This document shows positions 17,817 to 26,798 of a stretch of 64,000 nt of DNA, piece by piece (position 1 is the first letter of the stretch; each line of letters begins with the position of its first letter). This DNA comes from Brachybacterium sp. Its GTDB lineage: Bacteria; Actinomycetota; Actinomycetes; Actinomycetales; Dermabacteraceae. Both the position numbers and the translations under genes were made by a program. Where the stretch lies: assembly GCA_035301145.1 (NCBI GenBank), contig DATGUQ010000075.1:686-64685 (forward strand), in the 5' to 3' direction. Below the pieces are notes generated by a model. That model searched no databases. It had not been told where the DNA came from and worked only from the letters and a program-made list of their open reading frames with translations.

Positions 17817-19042
17817 GCCTCGGCCCCGCCCCGGCCGCGGGCACGACCACCCCGGCGAGCCCCGGCGCCGCGCCGCCGTCCGGCTCGTCCAGATCATCGG
17901 GCTCGTCCGCGGAGCGTCGTCGTCCCCTGCTGATCGCGCTCGTCGTGGTGGCGATGGTCGCGGCGCTGCTCGCCTCCGTCGCACGGGGCCTGTACCGGGA
18001 CGGCCCCCTCGAGCCGGACGCCCCCACCGGGCAGGGCTCGAAAGCGGTGGTGCAGGTGCTGGAGGACCTCGGGGCGGACGTCGACGTGGACCGGCACACC
18101 GCCGACGCCGCCGACGCCCTGCGGGAGGGGCGCACCGTGCTGGTCACCGCGCCCGACGAGCTGGGCGCCGACCAGCTGACCGCCCTGGCCGAGGCCCGGG
18201 AGGAGAGCGGGGCGCGCCTGGTGCTCGTCCACCCCGACTTCGTGACCCTGTCCTACCTGACCTCCGAGATCGCGCCCTCGGGCGCGCTGCGCGACGGCGG
18301 CCGGATCGAGGCCGGTGCCGGCTGCGAGGCCCTCGCCCACCGGGCACGGGCGCTCGAGCTGCCCTCCGCGGACGACGGCATCCGCGGGGCGGCCTCCCTG
18401 TACCGCACGGGCGGTGGGGCCCAGAGCTGCTTCACCGCCGAGGGCGGCGCCCTGGTCGCGGAGCAGGACGGACTGACCGTGCTGGGCAGCGCGGACCTGC
18501 TGACGAACGACGGGATCGCACGCGCCGACAACGCGGCCCTGGCGTTGAACCTGCTGTCCGCGGACGGCGAGCTCAGCTGGTACGTCCCCTCCGCGAACGA
18601 TCCGATGGGCAGCTCCTCGCAGACACCGCTGGGATACCTGCCGGATTGGGCGGGCCCGCTGCTGCTGTGGCTGGTGCTGGTCGGGATCGTCGCGCTGGTG
18701 GCGCTCGGCCGCCGGTTCGGGCCGGTGGTGGTCGAGCCGCTGCCGGTCACGGTGCGCCCCCAGGAGCTGGTGCTGGGACGCGCCCAGCTGCTCCAGCGGG
18801 CCGGCGCCCGCGACGACGCCGCCCTCGCCCTGCGCGCCGCCACCTCCTCCCGCCTGGCCGATCGGCTCGGGCTGCGTCACGAATCCTCCCTGGACGGCCT
18901 GATCGCGACGCTCCGCTCGCACGTGGACCACTCGGAGGAACAGCTGCGCCGCCTGCTCGGCCCCACCCCCGTCACCAGCGACCAGGACCTCGTCCGCCTC
19001 GCGCACGAGCTGGACCGTCTCGAGAAGGAGATCGATCGATGA
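17813..19042 (+). CDS. DUF4350 domain membrane protein
   Basis: PLEPDAPTGQGSKA, LLTNDGIARADNAALALNLL, RRFGPVVVEPLPVTV. Confidence 0.82.
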   Translation: MSLGPAPAAGTTTPASPGAAPPSGSSRSSGSSAERRRPLLIALVVVAMVAALLASVARGLYRDGPLEPDAPTGQGSKAVVQVLEDLGADVDVDRHTADAADALREGRTVLVTAPDELGADQLTALAEAREESGARLVLVHPDFVTLSYLTSEIAPSGALRDGGRIEAGAGCEALAHRARALELPSADDGIRGAASLYRTGGGAQSCFTAEGGALVAEQDGLTVLGSADLLTNDGIARADNAALALNLLSADGELSWYVPSANDPMGSSSQTPLGYLPDWAGPLLLWLVLVGIVALVALGRRFGPVVVEPLPVTVRPQELVLGRAQLLQRAGARDDAALALRAATSSRLADRLGLRHESSLDGLIATLRSHVDHSEEQLRRLLGPTPVTSDQDLVRLAHELDRLEKEIDR

Positions 19043-20064
19043 CCGACACCACCCCGGGCACCGTCCCGCCCCCCGAGCCGACCGGTGCCCCGACGGGCAC
19101 CGGCCCTGAGGTCGACCAGGACATCCGCGCCCAGCTGCAGCGGCTGTCGACGGAGATCCACAAGGGCGTCGTCGGCCAGGACGCCGCCGTGACCAGCCTG
19201 GTGGTGGCGCTGCTGTGCCGCGGCCACGTGCTCCTCGAAGGCGTGCCGGGCGTCGCCAAGACGCTGCTGGTGCGGTCCCTGGCCGCCGCCCTGGACGTGC
19301 GCATGCGGCGCGTGCAGTTCACGCCGGACATGATGCCCGGCGACATCACCGGCTCCCTGATCTACGACAACACCACCAGCGACCTCGTCTTCCGCGAGGG
19401 TCCGGTGTTCACGAACCTGCTGCTGGCCGACGAGATCAACCGCACGCCCCCGAAGACCCAGTCGGCGCTGCTGGAGGCGATGGAGGAGCGGCAGGTGACC
19501 GTCGACGGTGCGAGCCGACCGCTGCCCGACCCGTTCCTGGTGATCGCCACCCAGAACCCGATCGAGTTCGACGGCACGTACACCCTGCCCGAGGCGCAGC
19601 TGGACCGGTTCCTGCTCAAGGCCGTGATGCCGCTGCCGGATCGGGAGGTCGAGGTGGACGTGCTGCGCCGTCACGCGGGCGGTTTCGACACCGGCGACCT
19701 GGCGGCGATGGGTCTGCGCGCCGTGGCGGACATCCCCTCCCTGCACCGCGCCCAGGAGGACGTCGCCCGCGTGGTGGCGGAGGATCCGGTGGTGCAGTAC
19801 ATCGTCGACGTGTGCCGGGCGACGCGACGCTCCCCGAGCTTCGCCCTCGGCGTCTCCCCGCGCGGGGCGATCGCCCTGCTGCGCACCTCCCGGGCCTGGG
19901 CCTACCTCACCGGGCGCGACTTCATCACCCCCGACGACGTCAAGACCATGGCTCCCGCCACCCTCTCCCACCGAGTGCGCCTGACCACCGAGGCGGAGCT
20001 CGAGGGCACCCAGGTCGAGGCGGTGCTCGCGGCGACGCTCGCCTCCGTGCCGGTCCCCCGCTGA
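19039..20064 (+). CDS. moxR: MoxR family AAA+ ATPase
   Basis: GHVLLEGVPGVAKT, RVQFTPD, LLADEINRTPPKTQSALLEAM, ATQNPIE, LPEAQLDRF. Confidence 0.95.
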   Translation: MTDTTPGTVPPPEPTGAPTGTGPEVDQDIRAQLQRLSTEIHKGVVGQDAAVTSLVVALLCRGHVLLEGVPGVAKTLLVRSLAAALDVRMRRVQFTPDMMPGDITGSLIYDNTTSDLVFREGPVFTNLLLADEINRTPPKTQSALLEAMEERQVTVDGASRPLPDPFLVIATQNPIEFDGTYTLPEAQLDRFLLKAVMPLPDREVEVDVLRRHAGGFDTGDLAAMGLRAVADIPSLHRAQEDVARVVAEDPVVQYIVDVCRATRRSPSFALGVSPRGAIALLRTSRAWAYLTGRDFITPDDVKTMAPATLSHRVRLTTEAELEGTQVEAVLAATLASVPVPR

Positions 20065-20073
20065 GGCCTGTCG

Positions 20074-21372
20074 ATGAGGATCTCGCTCACCCCCCGCGCG
20101 GCCCTGGTCGCGCTGCTCGCGCTGCCCGTGATCGTGCTCTGGCCCCGGTGGTGGGTGCTCGGGGTCCTCGCGGCGGCCTGGGCGGCGGTGGTCCTCGCCG
20201 ATGCGCTGCGCGCCCCCGATCCCCGCCGGTTCCAGGTGCGCAGGCAGGCCCCGTCCCAGGTGCGGTTGGGCAACACCGTCACCGGCCGGCTGCTGCTGAC
20301 CAATCCCACCGCTCGGACCGGCTCCCTCGAGGTGCGCGACGCCTGGAACCCGACCGCCGGCCTGGCGGCGCAGCGCTCCGCCCTGACCGTGCCCGCCCGG
20401 GAGCGGCGGGCGGTCCCGCAGTCGTTCACCCCGACCCGTCGCGGCGAGCACCGCTCCCGCACCCTGCTGATCGCCTCCCGCGGGCCGCTCGGCCTGGCCC
20501 GGCGCACCGCACGGGCCGAGGCCCCCGGGCGGTTGCTGGCCCTGCACCCCTTCGGCGCCCGGCGCCACCTGCCCTCGCGCGTGCAGCGGCTGCGGGAGAT
20601 CGAAGGGCTCGCCGCCGTCCATCAGCGCGGCCAGGGCACCGAGTTCGACTCGCTGCGCGACTTCGTCGACGGCGACGACGTGCGCTCGATCGACTGGCGC
20701 GCCACGGCCCGCCGGCGCAGCGTCGTGGTGCGCACCTGGCGTCCCGAGCGGGACCGGCACGTGCTCCTGGTCGTGGACACCTCCCGCAGCTCGGCCGGTC
20801 GGCTGGGCGAGGCGACCCGGCTCGACGCCGCGTTCGATGCGGCGCTGCTGCTGACGGCGCTGGCCGTGCAGGCCGGGGACCGGGTCGATCTGGTCTGTGT
20901 GGACCGCGTCCCGCACCTGTCGGTGATCGGCTCGACCCGCACCACGGTGCTGCACGACATGGTCTCCGCGACGGCGGCGGTGGACCCGGCCCTGGTGGAG
21001 ACGGACTGGGAGCTCGCCGCCCGCACGATCGGCGAGCGCGCCCGGCGCGGTGCCCTGGTCGTGCTGATCACCCCGGTCGAGGCCGCCGCCGTCCACGGCG
21101 GTCTGCTGCCGGTCGCGGCCCGTCTGGCCAAGGACCACCCCCTGGTGGTCGCCTCCGTCGCCGATCCCGCCCTCGAGGAGCTCGCCGCCGCTCGCGGCGA
21201 CCTGGAGTCGGTGTACCGGGCGGCCGCGGCGGAGCGGGCACGTGCCGAGCGGGCCGGGGTCTCCCGCGCGCTCGAGCGGGTGGGCGCCCATGTGGTCGAT
21301 GCACCACCGGATCGGGCCCCGCAGGCGCTGGCGGACACCTACCTCGCGCTCAAGGCGGCCGGGAAGCTGTGA
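20074..21372 (+). CDS. DUF58 domain protein with vWA-like MIDAS motif
   Basis: GTEFDSLRDFVDGDDVRSIDWRATARR; VDTSRS (DxSxS); YLALKAAGKL C-terminus. Confidence 0.9.
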   Translation: MRISLTPRAALVALLALPVIVLWPRWWVLGVLAAAWAAVVLADALRAPDPRRFQVRRQAPSQVRLGNTVTGRLLLTNPTARTGSLEVRDAWNPTAGLAAQRSALTVPARERRAVPQSFTPTRRGEHRSRTLLIASRGPLGLARRTARAEAPGRLLALHPFGARRHLPSRVQRLREIEGLAAVHQRGQGTEFDSLRDFVDGDDVRSIDWRATARRRSVVVRTWRPERDRHVLLVVDTSRSSAGRLGEATRLDAAFDAALLLTALAVQAGDRVDLVCVDRVPHLSVIGSTRTTVLHDMVSATAAVDPALVETDWELAARTIGERARRGALVVLITPVEAAAVHGGLLPVAARLAKDHPLVVASVADPALEELAAARGDLESVYRAAAAERARAERAGVSRALERVGAHVVDAPPDRAPQALADTYLALKAAGKL

Positions 21373-21390
21373 GCCCCGGCGGGGGCGGCG

Positions 21391-22029
21391 TCAGAGCCGC
21401 CGGGCCAGGATGCGGAACGTGTGCCAGTGCTTCGGGCCGCTGAAGGATCGGCCGTCGCGCTCCTTCTCCGTCGACTCGAGCACCTCGTACCCCTCGAGCA
21501 GCGCGCCGACCTCGTCCCGGGAGAGGAAGGTGCTGTCGGTCTCCGCCCAGTCGTCGTGCTCCCCGAACAGGTCCACGGCGAGGACACCCTGCGCACGCAG
21601 CGCCTCCCGCATCGCTGCCCAGAGCCGGTCGAAGGCGTCCCGGCGGACGAAGGGCAGGGAGGCGCAGGCGAGGATCAGATCGGCGCCGGGCAGTGCCTCG
21701 ACCTCGGTGAGGTCACGGATCTCGGGATGCACCGGCAGCACCGCGGCCAGCTCCGCCAGGGCCGGCGCCACGCTCGGGTCCACGTCGTAGGCATGGACGG
21801 TGAATCCGTTCTCCGCGAGATGGCGGGCCTCGATCCCACTCCCGCAGCCCAGCTCGATCGCGATCGGCCGACCCGGCTCCGGCTGCCGCGCGCCCTTGCG
21901 GCCGTGACCGGCGCCCTGGCGGCCGTGGCCGGCGGCCTCGACCGCGGCGATCGCGAGCGGACGCACGGCTCGCTGTGCCTGCGCGGCGTTGTAGCCGGCG
22001 AAGTCACGATCGGAGCTGCTGCGCTGCAT
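21391..22029 (-). CDS. Class I SAM-dependent methyltransferase
   Basis: IELGCGSG motif I, ASLPF, KHWHTF; ATG lies 7 nt after TACACT. Confidence 0.85.
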   Translation of the reverse strand: MQRSSSDRDFAGYNAAQAQRAVRPLAIAAVEAAGHGRQGAGHGRKGARQPEPGRPIAIELGCGSGIEARHLAENGFTVHAYDVDPSVAPALAELAAVLPVHPEIRDLTEVEALPGADLILACASLPFVRRDAFDRLWAAMREALRAQGVLAVDLFGEHDDWAETDSTFLSRDEVGALLEGYEVLESTEKERDGRSFSGPKHWHTFRILARRL

Positions 22030-22102
22030 GCCCGCGAGTGTATGCCCGGGGCCGGCCCGGAGAGGGAGAGCGCTGCGGACAGGAGGAGGGGCGTCGCGGC
22101 GC

Positions 22103-23098
22103 TCAGCCCGCGGTGGCGACCCGCGCCCCGACCAGCTCCTCGGAGAGGTCACCGGTGACGCCAGCGCGATGGACCTGGCGGCCGCGGCCGAGCATGAACA
22201 CCAGGAACGCGAGCCAGACCGCGGTCCCGAGTCCGATCCGCACTGCCGGCGGCAGGGAGCTGGGAGTCACGAACGCCTCGACGAACCCGGAGATCAGCAG
22301 CACCGGCACGAGACCGATCGCGACCGTGACCAGCGACCGGGCCGCATGGGACAGCGCCCAGAGGCGGGGCAGCGGGCCGGGCCGCACCCAGGCCCAGAAG
22401 GTGCGCAGCCCCGCCCCGGCGCCCACCAGCACCGAGGTGATCTCGAGCAGGCCGTGCGGGAGGATGTAGACGAAGAAGGTGCCCAGGCCCCCGTGGGCGC
22501 CCATCACCCCGGCGGAGAGCCCGATGTTCAGCCCGTTCTGGACCAGCATCACCACCGGCCAGAACCCGGTGACGCCGAAGACGACCGCCTGCACGGTGAT
22601 CCAGGCGTTGTTGGTCCACACGTTGGCGGCGAAGCCCGAGGCCTCCCCCTCGAAGTAGTAGTTGACGAACTCGTGCTGGACCAGCATTCGCTGCTGCGCC
22701 TCGGGGATCACCAGCTCCCGGGCCGTCGCGTCCAGCCCGAAGTAGACCCCGCTGGTCACGGCCGCGAGCAGGAAGATCCCCGTGGCCAGGGCCACCGTCC
22801 AGCGCGATTCGTACAGCGCCGCCGGCAGGTCCTCCCAGAAGAAGGTGCGGGCATGCTTCCACAGCGGGGTCCGGGCACCGGTGATCCGCAGCCGCGCCTG
22901 GTGCACGAGCAGCGAGAGCCGGGAGACGAGGGCCGGGTCCGGGTTGGTGGAGCGGATCGTGGACAGATGGGTGGAGGTCTCCTGGTACAGGGAGAGCAGC
23001 TCGTCGATGCCGTCCGCGTCGAGGGTGCGGCTGCGGGTCAGCTCCCGCAGGCGGTCCCACTGCGGTCGGTGCACGGCGATGAAGGCGTCGGTGTCCAC
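22103..23098 (-). CDS. Stage II sporulation protein M family membrane protein
   Basis: MDTDAFIAVHRPQWDRL, WTNNAW, ILPHGLLEIT, SGFVEAFVTP. Confidence 0.9.
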   Translation of the reverse strand: MDTDAFIAVHRPQWDRLRELTRSRTLDADGIDELLSLYQETSTHLSTIRSTNPDPALVSRLSLLVHQARLRITGARTPLWKHARTFFWEDLPAALYESRWTVALATGIFLLAAVTSGVYFGLDATARELVIPEAQQRMLVQHEFVNYYFEGEASGFAANVWTNNAWITVQAVVFGVTGFWPVVMLVQNGLNIGLSAGVMGAHGGLGTFFVYILPHGLLEITSVLVGAGAGLRTFWAWVRPGPLPRLWALSHAARSLVTVAIGLVPVLLISGFVEAFVTPSSLPPAVRIGLGTAVWLAFLVFMLGRGRQVHRAGVTGDLSEELVGARVATAG

Positions 23099-23214
23099 CT
23101 CCTCAGGGTAGGGTCCGCCGCCGCACGGGACCGCCGACGAAAGTCGGACCCGACGGGGACGGAAGCCGACGGTCGACGCTCACGACCGTGCCGGCGCAGT
23201 GTCAGGATGGGGCC

Positions 23215-24066
23215 ATGGCAACGATCGGTGCGGCCCCTGCGGCCTCCTCCCCCGGCGCGCGGGATGCGCTGGTCACCGGGGACGCGGTGATGCTGGACCT
23301 GCGCACCGCCTCCTTCGCCGTGCGCATGCTCTCCGCCGTGATCGACGGCGCGCTCCAGCTCGTGCTGCTGGTCGGCGGCACGATCGGGCTGGTGTGGGCG
23401 GCGGCCCGTGCGGAGCTGGACGACGGCTTCGTCACCGCGGGGATCCTGGGCATGTCCGTGCTGGCCTATGTGGGCTATCCGGTGCTGTGCGAGCTGCTGC
23501 TGCGCGGCCGGTCCGTGGGTCGCCTGACGATGGGCACCCGGGTGGTGCGGGACGACGGCGGGCCGGTGCACGTGCGCCAGAGCCTGATCCGTGCCGTGAT
23601 GGCGATGTTCGAGATCTGGTCGACCTCCGGCGCCGTGGCGCTGACCTGCTCCGTGATCGATCGCAGGTCCCGTCGGGTCGGCGACCTGCTGGCCGGGACG
23701 ATGGTGATCCAGGAGCGCATGCGCACCCTGTCGCCCGACCGGCTCGAGATCCCGGCGGCGCTGCAGGACTGGGCGCAGGGCGCGGACGTCGGCCGCCTGC
23801 CGCTGACCCTCATGCAGGACATCCGCTCGTTCCTTCCCCGTGCCACGACGATCAACGCCGAGTCCCGGCGTCAGCTGTCCCGCGACCTGCTGCGCCGCAC
23901 CCTGCCCCATGTGGCTCCGGCCCCTCCGCCGGGCACGGACCCGGAGGCCTTCCTCACCGCGGTGATCGCCGAGCGGTCCCGGCGGGACGAGGTGCGGCTG
24001 CGCCGCGGTCAGCAGCGGCAGCGCGAGCTCTCGGACGAGGTGCGAGCGGTGCCGTTCACCGCCTGA
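23215..24066 (+). CDS. RDD family membrane protein
   Basis: LVTGDAV, RMLSAVID, GRSVGRLTMGTRVVRDDG, RRVGDLLAGT. Confidence 0.88.
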   Translation: MATIGAAPAASSPGARDALVTGDAVMLDLRTASFAVRMLSAVIDGALQLVLLVGGTIGLVWAAARAELDDGFVTAGILGMSVLAYVGYPVLCELLLRGRSVGRLTMGTRVVRDDGGPVHVRQSLIRAVMAMFEIWSTSGAVALTCSVIDRRSRRVGDLLAGTMVIQERMRTLSPDRLEIPAALQDWAQGADVGRLPLTLMQDIRSFLPRATTINAESRRQLSRDLLRRTLPHVAPAPPPGTDPEAFLTAVIAERSRRDEVRLRRGQQRQRELSDEVRAVPFTA

Positions 24067-24092
24067 CCCGCGCGGCGTCCCCCGCACAGGGC

Positions 24093-25838
24093 TCACTGCG
24101 CGGCCGGTGCCTCCGCCCGACCGGCGATGAGCACCGGGATGCCGCCCTCGACCGGGTGGACGCGGCCGCAGCCCGTGCACTGCAGCGCCCGCTCGACGTC
24201 CCGCAGCTCGCCGCCGCAGTCCGGGCACCGCAGGATCGAACGCACCCACCCCGGCACGTCCGCGCCGCTGGCGCCGGCGGGCAATGCGGTGGCGCGTGCC
24301 GTCGGCGGGTCTCCCTCGGGCGGCGCGGTCGCCGCCGCGGCCGCCGCAGCTCTCGCCGGAGGTGCGCCGGGTCCTCCGTCGTCGGCCTGCACGAGCGCGA
24401 GCACCTCGTCGCGGAGGCGGCGCATCGTCCCCTCCTGCTCCGCCTCGACGTTCAGGCGCAGCAGCGACTCGGTGTGCGAGGAGCGCAGCGAGAACCACCA
24501 GCGGTCCTCGCGCGGGAGGCCCTCGTCCCAGTGCTCCACGGTCAGACCGTCGAGGTCGTCGGTCCGTACGCCCGGCCGGCCGACGACGTGCGCGCGCACC
24601 CGCTCGCGAGCGGCTGCGGCGTCCGCGGCGTGGCAGTTGATCTCGCCGCTGGCGACGTACGGGGTATCGGCCTCGACCAGTTCGGACACCGTGCCCTCGG
24701 TCTCGGTGAGGGCGGCCAGCACGTGGAGCGCAGCGAGCATCCCGGAATCGGCGGAGTGGAAGTCCCGGAAGTAGAAGTGGGCGGAGTGCTCCCCGCCGAA
24801 GACGGCGTCGTGCTGGGCCATCATCGTCTTGATCACGGCATGGCCGACGGGCGTACGCACGTGCTCGCCACCGGCCGCGCGCACCGTCTCGGCGACGTGG
24901 CGGGAGGAGACCAGGTTCGCGATCACGGCCGGCCGCTCCTCCCCGGCGTCGCGGGCGCGTGCGATCTCGCGCCGCGCGATGAGGGCGGTGATCGCCGAGG
25001 GCGGGACCGGGATCCCCCGCTCGTCGAGCACCACGCACCGGTCGGCATCGCCGTCGAAGGCGAGGCCCAGGTCGGCGCCCTCGCGCAGCACGGCCGTCTC
25101 CAGGTCGCGGAGGTTCTCCGGACGCAGCGGATCGGGCGGATGGTTCGGGAAGGCGCCGTCGAGCGCGAAGTGCACACCGATGAGCTCGACCTGGTCCAGC
25201 GCACCGAGGACGGCGGGCGCGGTGTGCCCTGCCATCCCGTTGCCCGCGTCGACGACCACGCGCACCCGTCGCTCGGAGGGCAGCTGCACCAGGGCGTGCA
25301 GCGCGGCGGCGTAGTCCTCGAGGGTGTCGATCCCCTCGGCACGGCCCTCGCCGCGCTCGGGGATCTCCCCGGCGTCGAGGTAGGCCTCGGCGGCCCGGCG
25401 GATCTCCTCGAGGCCGCTGTCGCGGCCGATCGGGCGGGCGCCGGGCAGGCAGAGCTTGAAGCCGTTGTCCTCGCCCGGGTTGTGGGAGGCGGTGACCATG
25501 ACGCCGGCGGCGTGGTGCAGGCCGGAGGCGCAGTAGAGCTGATCGGTCGAGGACAGCCCCGCATCCGCGACGACCGCTCCCCGGCGCACCGCCCCGTCGA
25601 TCACGGCTTGCGACAGCTCCGGGGAGCTCAGGCGCATGTCGTGCGCGACGATCATCGCGGGGGCGTCCAGGTGATCGGCGAAGGCGGCGCCGAAGGCGCG
25701 GGCGATCTCGGCGGTGAGGGTCTCCCCCGCGCGTCCCCGCACGTCGTTGGCCAGGACGATGCCGGACAGGTCCGCGCCGCCGGCACCGGGGCCCGCGGCC
25801 GGACCGGGACGGGCCTGCGACGGGCGCGGCTCAGTCAT
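24093..25838 (-). CDS. manB: Phosphomannomutase/phosphoglucomutase with C-terminal Trm112-like Zn ribbon
   Basis: TASHNP, FDGDADR, GGEHSAHFYF, LLRLNVEA; C-terminal LRCPDCGGEL...CTGCGRVHPVEGGIPVL. Confidence 0.9.
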   Translation of the reverse strand: MTEPRPSQARPGPAAGPGAGGADLSGIVLANDVRGRAGETLTAEIARAFGAAFADHLDAPAMIVAHDMRLSSPELSQAVIDGAVRRGAVVADAGLSSTDQLYCASGLHHAAGVMVTASHNPGEDNGFKLCLPGARPIGRDSGLEEIRRAAEAYLDAGEIPERGEGRAEGIDTLEDYAAALHALVQLPSERRVRVVVDAGNGMAGHTAPAVLGALDQVELIGVHFALDGAFPNHPPDPLRPENLRDLETAVLREGADLGLAFDGDADRCVVLDERGIPVPPSAITALIARREIARARDAGEERPAVIANLVSSRHVAETVRAAGGEHVRTPVGHAVIKTMMAQHDAVFGGEHSAHFYFRDFHSADSGMLAALHVLAALTETEGTVSELVEADTPYVASGEINCHAADAAAARERVRAHVVGRPGVRTDDLDGLTVEHWDEGLPREDRWWFSLRSSHTESLLRLNVEAEQEGTMRRLRDEVLALVQADDGGPGAPPARAAAAAAATAPPEGDPPTARATALPAGASGADVPGWVRSILRCPDCGGELRDVERALQCTGCGRVHPVEGGIPVLIAGRAEAPAAQ

Positions 25839-26208
25839 GGGGGCTCCTGACGACGTGGAGGTGGCGGGCGGAGGGCTTCTCCGCCTGCCCCGGCGGGCGC
25901 GGCGCGCGGGCGGAGCGGACCGCAGCTGTCGGCGGGCCGGTCACCTGCTCGGGCGCCGGCTGCCGGGTCACGGCATCGGCCAGGGCGACCAGGTCGTCGC
26001 TGGCCTCCTCGCCGCCCGGCACCCGGAGCAGCTCCCACCCGCGCGGAGGCGTCATCCGGGAGGCGTGCTCCCGGCAGAGGTCGTAGGCATGCGGCTCGCT
26101 GAGGCGCGACAGCGGCCCGAGCACCGCCGTGGAATCCTCGTACACGAAGGTCAGTGAGCTGACAGCAGGCCTGGAACAGGCGGTCCGGGAGCATTCTCGA
26201 GCAGGCAC
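25831..26208 (-). CDS. DUF3499 domain protein
   Basis: RECSRTACSRPAVSSLTFVYEDSTAVLGPL...HAYDLCREHA...PPRGW...DDLVALADAV...RHLHVV; GTG lies 7 nt after TAGACT. Confidence 0.9.
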   Translation of the reverse strand: MPARECSRTACSRPAVSSLTFVYEDSTAVLGPLSRLSEPHAYDLCREHASRMTPPRGWELLRVPGGEEASDDLVALADAVTRQPAPEQVTGPPTAAVRSARAPRPPGQAEKPSARHLHVVRSPHD

Positions 26209-26321
26209 GCCCTGCAGTCTACGCAGGCGCGGCGGAGGCCGTTCGACGGCACGCCCTGCGACCCTCCCCGCTCTCTCCGCCGCCGGTCCGTCCGTCGCGC
26301 CGGGGCCGGTAGAGTGCATCC

Positions 26322-26777
26322 ATGGACGTCCAGCCCCTGCGCCCCGGAGCACCCGGTCCCCGCCAGGGCCCGCGGCGCCGAGACCGTCGGGGGCGGGGCC
26401 GCCGCTGGGACCTGATCCCCCCGCACCTGCCCGGATACCGCAGTCGGCGGGAGCGCTTCGACGACCTGGTGGCCGATGCCGGCGCCGCTCTCGCCGAACG
26501 GTTCCCCCGGCGTCTCGCGCACCTGCAGGTGCTGGTGGAGGAGGTGCCGTCGGCGGATCCGGCTCCCTGGGAGGAGCCGAGCGTGATCCTGGGCCGCGTG
26601 ATCCCGCCCTCGCGCGAGCATCCAGCGCGGGTGATCGTCTACCGGCGCCCGCTGCAGACCCGCTGCGAGGACGAGACCGAGCTGGAGACGCTGGTGAGGC
26701 AGGTGCTGTCGGAGCAGATCGGCTCGTTGCTCGGCATCGCGCCCGAGGACGTGGATCCCGAGGCCTGGGCCGCCTGA
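26322..26777 (+). CDS. Zincin-like metallopeptidase family protein (Rv3259-like)
   Basis: RRRDRRGRG, SRRERFDDLV, VEEVP, IVYRRPL, EQIGSLLGIAPEDVDP. Confidence 0.85.
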   Translation: MDVQPLRPGAPGPRQGPRRRDRRGRGRRWDLIPPHLPGYRSRRERFDDLVADAGAALAERFPRRLAHLQVLVEEVPSADPAPWEEPSVILGRVIPPSREHPARVIVYRRPLQTRCEDETELETLVRQVLSEQIGSLLGIAPEDVDPEAWAA

Positions 26778-26798
26778 GGCTCTCCCCGTCCCGGTGGG

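Noticed and set aside
22103-23098. SpoIIM as evidence of sporulation
   Set aside because: The family is widespread in non-sporulating bacteria together with RDD and MoxR genes.
25835-26194. 119-aa ORF in the track upstream of the phosphomannomutase
   Set aside because: Wrong frame; the DUF3499 motifs are in the frame ending at 25831 and starting at GTG 26208.
26322-26777. Zincin-like protein lacking HExxH as a possible pseudogene
   Set aside because: The ORF is intact with a good -10, and an EQ-type replacement appears usual for this actinobacterial subfamily.
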